The notes beneath the pieces are model-generated. The model searched no databases. It was given only the letters and a program-made list of their open reading frames with translations, and was not told the DNA's origin. Source: Octopus sinensis (Eukaryota). From it: a DNA stretch of 64,000 nt. The stretch covers positions 50,778,001-50,842,000 of the forward strand of contig NC_043005.1 in assembly GCF_006345805.1 (NCBI RefSeq), in the 5' to 3' direction. This document shows, in pieces, positions 54,936 to 64,000 of the stretch; position 1 is the first letter of the stretch, and the number at the start of each line of letters is the position of its first letter. The position numbers and the translations under genes are program-made.

Positions 54936-55281
54936 TCTGAATAACGATCTCCTCACTCTCTCATCTAGTTTCCTTCTCTTAATGCTCACGTTGCTTCCCG
55001 TTCCCCATCAGTTGCAGCAAGTCTTTCAAACACAGAGCATGTAGAATCTTTGCTGCATTTTCCTTTTATAATATTCCTTGTCACCTTAAGCAGTATAGCA
55101 GTATATCTGACATGAAAGAAATCATATCTGGGAAGCACAACACTAGCGCTAAGGCTGAATGTTCTCGGATGATATTTTAGTTCGCATCTCAAATCATGAT
55201 CTCTACCTCTAAACTACTACATTCACTGGACTTACCCTTCTTTCTCTCATCTAAAATTTCACTCCCTTTCTCACTCCCTCA

Positions 55282-55338
<57 letters not shown>

Positions 55339-55409
55339 TAGAAATATATGTATACATATATAATATATATATATATATGTATATATATATAATGTGTGTG
55401 TGTATATAT

Positions 55410-55443
<34 letters not shown>

Positions 55444-55785
55444 CACATACATACATAAACTTACATGCATATGAGGTGTGGATAATAAATCATCCAACTC
55501 TATACTTGATCAGTCCAGTTTTCATATTTTTATGGCTGCTTGGTCAACACCCAACCCTACCCCTCAGTGGTCATCTAATACCTCTTTCACCGGGCATTTG
55601 TTCATGCATGGCCACATTCTCTAGGAATAGGCTGTCATGATAGAATGTTGCATAACGACATCACTTTATTTTCAGGTTTTCAAACGTTGACCGAATTTCG
55701 TGGTTCACGGTTTTCCTAACAGTTTCTCTCTTTACACTCTACCGAGTTCAATGATCTTTATATGGAACACGAAGTATCTTTCTAT

Positions 55786-55885
55786 NNNNNNNNNNNNNNN
55801 NNNNNNNNNNNNNNNNNNNNNNNNNNNNNNNNNNNNNNNNNNNNNNNNNNNNNNNNNNNNNNNNNNNNNNNNNNNNNNNNNNNNN
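55786..55885. other. Assembly gap (100 N)
   Basis: Run of N. Confidence 1.
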
Positions 55886-56172
55886 ACACAAGCATCGGTT
55901 GTCGAGTGATGGTGGGAGGACAAACACACCAACACATACACACACACACACGCGCACACACACACCACACACACACACAAGTCTTTAACACACGTCCATG
56001 AAGAGATTTTTCTCTCAGACAAGACAGCTCGGTATCATGCCTTTCAGCGGTGTATGTACATTTAATATGAGAAACAGGTGGCCATACGCACAAACGCGCG
56101 CGCGCAATGCATTCAGTCATATACACACACAAACACGCACTCACGTACAGACACACATACATACACACACAG

Positions 56173-56207
<35 letters not shown>

Positions 56208-56430
56208 AATTTAATTAGAGATTATGTTAACCTCATGAAAGGATGGTTTCATCCAAGAAAATACTGGTTAAATACCTAATATCTTAGAGGGAAATGAATT
56301 TCCTTAAAATAATTGATATATATAAAAACATAGTTTATATTCATTTAAAAGAGGAAGAAAATGGAGATTGGGAAGATAATTATTGTTTACTATTAACAGC
56401 AAATTGGTCATCTTCACTTACAGCCGTTTG

Positions 56431-56467
<37 letters not shown>

Positions 56468-56482
56468 AGAGAGAGAGAGAGA

Positions 56483-56710
56483 GAGTTAGAGAACAGAGAG
56501 TTCTAATGGATACAAATTAGTTTATTAATTAATCAACACATTAACCAACAATTGTTTTATTTCTCAAATAAGATTAAAATTACAGAAATGTATATTTTTA
56601 TATATGTTTTGAAATTTTAATCTTATTTGAGAAATGAAACAATTGTTGGTTAATAAGTTCATTAATTAATGAATTGATTTGTATCCATATTTTTCTCTGT
56701 TTTCTAACTC
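56483..56710. repeat. Fold-back element with HHR 3' half (GAAA-CAATTG-TT)
   Basis: GAGTTAGAGAACAGAGA...ATTTCTCAAATAAGATTAAAATT is the inverse of AATTTTAATCTTATTTGAGAAAT...TCTCTGTTTTCTAACTC. Confidence 0.7.
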
Positions 56711-56879
56711 AATAAAAAATACTTGATATCTAACGACATTCTGTATAATATATTCATTGAAGGTTTATCTCTTCAAAATCTAATACATTAAACCTGTGTA
56801 TCTTGGATAAATATCCCTATAAGTTGTTTTATTATCCTCATTGTTACTAATATATATATATGTTCACATATATCCATAA

Positions 56880-57148
56880 ATTGGTTTCAACTTTTAGTTC
56901 AAGACCAACAACTTCAGGGAGGAGATTAGACGATTACATCAACCCCATGCTTGACTGGTATTTATTTTTTAGGGATGAGGACTATCTATTACATTAACCC
57001 CAGTGCTCAAGCAGTACTTATTTTATCGACCCCGATAGGATAAAACACAAAGTCAATCTCGCCGGCATTTGTACACAGAACGTAAAGACGGACGAAATGC
57101 CGCTAAGCTTTTTACCCGGGGTACGAACGATTCTGCCGGTTTGCCACT
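56880..57148 (-). mobile_element. SINE family A
   Basis: TACTTATTTTATCGACCCCGATAGGATAAAAC...GACGAAATGCCGCTAAGC. Confidence 0.75.
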
Positions 57149-57623
57149 TTAACATGTATCCATATATTATTCATAATTCTTGCTAGTTTATGCTTCCGGC
57201 AACACATGCGCAATGAGTTTTATTCCGTTGCTTCTAACAACTTCCGGTTCAGTGTTATACAAGCACAGGAGTACACTGCAAACGTAGCTCTAAATACGGA
57301 AATATACACTGAAAAGCCCAATATAAATAAATAAAACAATCAATGATGTTAACGGAGGTTGTCTGATTATCGAATAAATTATGCAAACATAAAGTAAAAC
57401 TGGATGTGCGCACGAGTTTAGTGTGTGTATGAGTATATGTGTGTGTGTGTGTGCTGATACTTTTATGTACATTCGCTACCCTAACCTGAACTGTCTCCTA
57501 ATTTCTCAAAATGCATCACGACGGCACTTCGCGCAAGTTTTAACCTCTCCTGCTTTCACTGTCTGTTTCCATGTCCATCACGACGGCAGACGCTGCAATC
57601 TCACTCTCTATCTTTCCCTCTCG

Positions 57624-57659
<36 letters not shown>

Positions 57660-57663
57660 TCCT

Positions 57664-57695
<32 letters not shown>

Positions 57696-57877
57696 CCTCT
57701 CTTTGCCTCTCCCTCTCCAGCGCGATGTCTTCAGTTTCCTTTGCACACGCACACACACATACATACATACATACATACATAGTATATACATGCATACATA
57801 CATGCATGCATTCACACATGATGGCTTCAGCTCGATTTCGAGCGAAGTCATCGCTTGATTGTTGTTTTAAAAAACAG

Positions 57878-58467
57878 CACAGCTGCCTGTAGTAGTCGAG
57901 TGTCCATCATTGACAAGAACCAAACAAGGTCGAAATCATGTGATTTGGTGGTCTTCGAGCCCGAAGGTACCAAAGATTTATTTTCTCGCTAGCGATATAT
58001 ACAAGAGTGCATTTTGCACCAAAAAGCCAATATGAGAGTTTCTCTCGTGCTAACAACCGCAGTATACTTTGTTCTAATGGTACATCCACATTTAGGTGGG
58101 GTTAAATATTACCTTTCGGCATTGATACTGCCCTTGTGGCTAATATATATTTCTGAACAAGCTCACTGGCTAATCATGGCACCAACGGTTATTCTGGTAC
58201 TGTCAGTCTCTATGTCGCTGACGGGGAGACGAATCACTACTGCCTCCAGCGATCGTGTATCCATATTTGATAAGACCAAACATGATCGAAATTACATGGT
58301 CTAGTGATCCAGGCGCGGAGGTAGCGAGAATTAACTCCCCGCTAGTGATATAAACAAGAATGCATTTTGCACTGAAAAGCCAATTTAAGAGGTTCTCTCA
58401 CGGTAACTACCGTAGTATAGTTTGTTCTTATAGAACATCCACATTTACGTGGGGATAAATATTACCT
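57878..58467 (+). repeat. Diverged ~355-bp tandem dimer with an HHR-like motif in each unit (retrozyme-like)
   Basis: 57878-58114 aligns with ~58234-58467. HHR-like motifs start at 57910 and 58267. Confidence 0.65.
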
Positions 58468-59139
58468 CTTTATGATATAATGTATTCAATGATGGTAGCA
58501 TGAAAATTTGGGGGAGAAAATTTGCCTACTATTTCTTGCAGACCGAACGACAACGAACAAACTTCTCAATTGATTCCACGCACTGTTACAGTCAAGAAGT
58601 ATTGAACTAACAAAACCTTTATCCAATTTTACCAACTTACTATTGTGACAAAAGTTTTCTGTATAAGATGTACCATCAAAGCTCAACGCAAGTAAGCGTT
58701 TAGATGTCGTTTATAAGCAGATCTGTAAGTTATTAGGTAACTGATGCGATTTAATATTCTTTGATCAGAGAAGTGTTCATCAATGTGTGATCGAATTTAT
58801 TCACTTTTAGGTGAGACCAGTGTGTCTTCCGACTCTTCTTCTGCTTACGTGAATTTATGCTGTTTATTTATATTTTTATTTATTACATTTATTTATTGGT
58901 GGATTAGTAGTAAAACAAGACATACTGAGACTTAGATCAGACATATTGAAAGACATGACTATAGATAAATAAATGTAAATATTGGTGGGTGTGTGTGTTG
59001 TATCTGTCTATGTACATATACATGCATACATAATATACACATACACACTCATATGCATATGTACATTAACGATGAACATACAAACACACCATGTATGCAT
59101 ATGTGTATATATACACATGCACGTAATATATATATCTAT

Positions 59140-59184
<45 letters not shown>

Positions 59185-59323
59185 TATATATATATAATAT
59201 ATATAATATATAATATATATTATATATATATATATATATATAATATATATATATATATAATATATATATATATATAATATATATAATATATAATATATAT
59301 ATAATATAATATTATATATATAT

Positions 59324-59368
<45 letters not shown>

Positions 59369-59381
59369 TTATAATATATAT

Positions 59382-59430
<49 letters not shown>

Positions 59431-59492
59431 TATATAGATAATATATATTATATATAATAATATATATATATATAATATATATATATATAAAG

Positions 59493-60655
59493 CTCTGAAT
59501 TTACCTTCAAACAAGGTACGAAGTTAAAATCAAGACTAACTTCTCCTGTTCCTCCGAGAACCTTATCTACGTTCTCACATGCGCTGGTTGCCAACATAAT
59601 TATGTTGGACAAACGAGTCTCCCGTTACGTAACGAGTAACGGTGCATAAAGAACAAATAAATCTCCCGGAATACCGACAAATTCACTGAGTGACCACTTA
59701 GACTCATGTGCTAAAGACTTAAACCCCAAATTCTATATATTCCCCTTCTACCAATGTAAAGACGGGATCACCACACAGGAGAGAATTAACAAGGAGAATC
59801 TCTTTATTGAAAAATTCCAAACACAACTTAATATGCAAACTCCTCGTTGATCAAACTTCCTTTCTCTACCTCACTCTTCATGGATGGACTAACACAAATA
59901 TATAAAGATACCATGCATTCATCACTTCAAGCTAAAACTTATATCTTTAAATATCATTTTTACTATTGTTGTTATTACTATCATTTTTATTATAAATGAT
60001 ATGACAATTTGAAATGCAATTATCTATGCAGATTTATATTATTAGAAAATAATATAAATAAAGTGTTAAAATCTGAAAGTTAAGTTAACAAGCAATTATA
60101 TAAAAAAGATAATGCAAATGAAGCTAAAATGATAGTTTATAAATTGGGTTTTATTGAAGAACTCAAAAGAGTTGTCTCCCCTTACTCACAAACACAGGAA
60201 CTGAAGAACCAGGACCACAATTACTACTACTTCCTGTCCTGCAAACATGCTGAATTTAACAACACAACACAACACATGGCTCTTAATCCCTTTGGATCTT
60301 AACACCTCAAGGTAAATTTTTTCGTAAACAACCATAAAACTCAAGATACACAACGAACTCACATGTATCGGAGAACTTATTTTTAATTTTTGTACATTTT
60401 TATCATTATTCTTTTACAAAAAACAATGCAACTTTCTTTTTTCCCCTTTCTAATTTTTAAAAAAACTTCTTAAAACATGAATATTCTTGACAAGTCATAC
60501 AATGACGAACGGTTGAATAAAATATATAATTTATATATTTTATCAATTTCTCATTTTATTAAAATTTTCTTTCATTTGAACATTCTGCATTTAAAAAAAA
60601 AAAAAAATTTTCCTTACTTATCATTTCTCCACGTGCGGTCAACACAACCCCACCA
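59493..60655 (+). mobile_element. 3' end of a Neptune-type PLE: GIY-YIG (59493-59850), 3' UTR/pLTR and degenerate HHR (60482-60519)
   Basis: NFSCSSENLIYVLTCAGCQHNYVGQTS...VHKEQI...DHLDSC...FPFYQCK...KENLFIEKFQTQLN. Flanked by (TA)n on both sides. Confidence 0.85.
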
Positions 60656-60718
60656 TTTATTGATCTATATATATATATATATATCTTATATATATATAAT
60701 ATATATATATATTATATA

Positions 60719-60753
<35 letters not shown>

Positions 60754-60757
60754 ATAA

Positions 60758-60788
<31 letters not shown>

Positions 60789-60796
60789 TATATATA

Positions 60797-60847
<51 letters not shown>

Positions 60848-60875
60848 ATATATATAAAAACCACTGGTCCACTGC

Positions 60876-61148
60876 GGAGGCGCAATGGCCAAGTGGTGAG
60901 GGCAGCGGACTCGCGGTTTCGATTCCCAGACCGGGGCGTTGTGTGTGTTTATTGAGCGAAAACACCTAAAAGCTCCACGAGGCTCCGGCAGGGGGTGGTG
61001 ATCCCTGCTGTACTCTTTCACCACTCTTTCTTCTGTTAGCCTGCTCTCTTAGCCAGCGGGGTGGCGTCGTTCGAAGGCTAAAAACAATGCGAACGCATTG
61101 TGACCAGCGATGTGTAGCAACATCTGATGGTCTGGTCGGTCACGTGAT
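60876..61148 (+). mobile_element. SINE family C
   Basis: GGAGGCGCAATGGCCAAGTGGTGAGGGCAGCGGACTCGCGGTTTCGATTCCC... Confidence 0.85.
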
Positions 61149-61199
61149 ATAATATATATATATATATATATATAATATATATACTATATATATATATAT

Positions 61200-61445
61200 C
61201 CTTTTATTCTCTTATTTGTTCAGTCATTGACTGCGGCCATGCTGGAGCACATCCTTTACTCGACTCCAGGACCTATTCTTTTAAGCCTAGTACTTATTCT
61301 ATCTCCCTTTTTGTCGAACCGTTAAGTTACAGGGACGTAAATACACCAATATCGGTTGTCAAGCGATTGTGGGGGCGGGGACAAACACAGGCACTAAGAC
61401 ACACACACATAAATACACACACACGCGGATACACACACACACACA
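61200..61445 (-). mobile_element. SINE family B (3' part)
   Basis: GACTGCGGCCATGCTGGAGCAC...GGGACGTAAATACACC. Confidence 0.75.
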
Positions 61446-62995
61446 CAGAAATTCGTCAATTTGATAGTGCTACTTATTTGCAGAATGTGAGCGTGAATGA
61501 TCGAGAGCTAAAAAGGTTGACCTTGGTCGTAGTGCAGTCCAGCCTAGTCCAGTTCAGACAATTCCACTCCATGCCACTGCAGTGGGGAGTTACTGGGTTC
61601 GAACCAGTGACATTTTCCTATTTGTGCTGTGTGTCCTGTCGACGACGTCTCAACAATCTATGAATATCATTCGGTGGTAATATGGACAGTTTTTAAGACG
61701 ATGTCTTTGTTTTGTGATTCTAAAAACAGACTTTCTCTTTTCTACAGTGGATTTGATTCGAAGTCATAACGTTTTCGAATCTCGTCATTCACTTCACTAT
61801 TGGTAGTCTGATACCGTAACATTCAAATGCAAGCAGCGCTGTCATATGAATAAATAATTCTTTATAATGATAAATCATAGTTTCTAATCTTCGCGTAAGG
61901 CCTTACTTTCGGATGGCGAGCACTATCTTTCACACTGACCCTCAGTAGTTGCGTGGCACATATTTTATCGACCTCGGAAGTATGACAAAAATAAGTCAAC
62001 CAAGAGCGATTTTTGAACTCATAGCCTTAAGCTAAATGAACAAATAAATAAACTACGAAAGGAAAAAGATGTTAACGTCAGCTGTCAGACAATGCAATCA
62101 ATATGAAGAAATAAACGGACAGCTTCATTTCCGGTCGCTCGGTCCTGTTTAAGATAAAATATATCAACAAACACGACTGATTTGTTAGTTATATTCAGTA
62201 GGTGAACAAGCCAACACTTAGACAAAGAAGAAACAGTAGATTATATATTATCAACATACATCAGTCGAATATGAAGCAAAGATATGATTATGATTATGAT
62301 ATTCTGGTGCATGCATATCGAGTAGGAGGCATGGCCGAATAGCTAATAAGCTTACTTCGCAATCTTGAGCTCTCGGTTCGATCCCACTGCATAGAACCAC
62401 GAACAGGTGCTATCATCATAGCATGCAGTCGACACAGGCCTTGTGGGTGAAACTGAGTCGAGGGAAACTGCATGGAAGCCCATCGGATGAACTATACTTT
62501 AGATGCAAGCGTTGTCAAGCTGACGAAATATCTGTTAAATTCTCTGCCATTTACCCTAATGAGTTACGTAATTATGTTGGCTGAACAACGGGAATGTTCA
62601 TCGTCGAAACCGATGGAGGATCTTCTAATAATCAATGATATAAAGATGTGATAATTACGAACAGAATGGAAAGCATGCATTCTGGTTCATGGAATAAGCC
62701 GAAATAATATGAAACTAGAAAGACTCTGAAATACAGGTAGATATTGGAGATATAATAAGAAAATGATAAAATAAGAAAATTAACCAAAAAAATGATCTTT
62801 TTACGCAGTTTCCTTTTTAGCTCTACTAAGTACATTACATGTTTTCTCAAAACTCAATTAGCAACTCACTACAGAATTATATATATATATATATATATGC
62901 ATGTATGTATGCATATGTGTGTATATTTATGCCTGTATATATATGTATATATATGTATGTATGTATGCATATGTGTGTATATTTATGCCTATATA

Positions 62996-63027
<32 letters not shown>

Positions 63028-63554
63028 GGCAAGAGGAAATTTTTTTAAAGAATGGGAAAAAAATCGGAAAAAATATATCTAAAGTCAATAAGACGTACAC
63101 TGAGTATATTAGATTGATACGCGGTGAAAGTTTTAGATGGAAAAATAGGGGTGGAAGTTACGTTTCAAACTCGGTTGTATTCTATAAAATCCTCGTATTA
63201 GAGAAAAAAAGTAACGTTAGAAAAGCGTATAAAATGTTGTGATACGAAGATATTATACATACGATACGGCGTATTATTAATATATGCCAGCGTAGTATAA
63301 AAGTACATTTGCTTGAATGCACAAAGGCAACTATAAGCGCACGCATATCTTTGAGAATGAGAGATAAAGAGACACGGGGGAGAGAGTGGGAGATAGAAGG
63401 TGAGGTAGATAAAGAACCATGATACGGGGATGGATAAACTGATGGGTATATCAGGAGGTAGGCATTTAGGTAGGTAGGTAGGTAGGTAGGTAGGTAGGTA
63501 GGTAGGTAGGCAGGCAGGTAGTAAGGAGGGAGGTAAGTTGACTGATGATTAGGT

Positions 63555-63620
<66 letters not shown>

Positions 63621-63629
63621 GGATGGATG

Positions 63630-63671
<42 letters not shown>

Positions 63672-63720
63672 GATAGATAGGTAGGTAGGTAGGTAGGTAG
63701 GTAGATAGATAGGTAGGTAA

Positions 63721-63756
<36 letters not shown>

Positions 63757-64000
63757 CAGGCAGGCAGACAGATATATAGTAGTTTTATAAGCCAGGAGAT
63801 ATTCCTGTAGATAGGTAGTGAGATATATAGATATTTAGTTAACTAAATAGATAGATTTATTGATTCATAGACATGTATGTTGATAGAGAAAAACAAATAG
63901 GCAAGCAGATAGAATAGATGAGTAGGAAAAGAAACACCAGACGGATAGAGAGACAGAGAGAGAGAGAGGCGGGGACTGATGCATGAACTGACAAAGAGAC

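Noticed and set aside
55700-56168. ORFs spanning poly-X
   Set aside because: Artefacts of the 100-N assembly gap.

Overview
This is AT-rich, microsatellite-saturated eukaryotic intergenic or intronic DNA. The SINE families and the (TA)n/(CA)n/(TAGA)n/(TACA)n load suggest an octopus or other cephalopod genome (inference). I can support no intact host protein-coding gene: almost all listed ORFs are microsatellite read-throughs. The window is a transposon graveyard. It holds at least four tRNA-derived SINE families, several Penelope-like element (PLE) remnants (RT and GIY-YIG), an R4/Dong-like restriction-enzyme-like (REL) LINE 3' fragment, an RTE RT fragment, three Tc1/mariner relics, hAT- and piggyBac-type MITEs, a non-autonomous Helitron, a tRNA-Glu pseudogene, a 4 x ~375-bp tandem array and a 100-N gap. 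The most notable signal is a set of minimal type-I hammerhead ribozyme (HHR) motifs with the pattern CTGANGA-stemII-GAAA-palindromic stemIII-TH. Many lie in fold-back (palindromic) elements inserted in (TA)n tracts, clustered at 27.5-37.5 kb, and three have intact cores. A decayed ~355-bp HHR-bearing tandem dimer at 57.9-58.5 kb resembles a non-LTR retrozyme. All coordinates were read by eye, and repeat boundaries are approximate.
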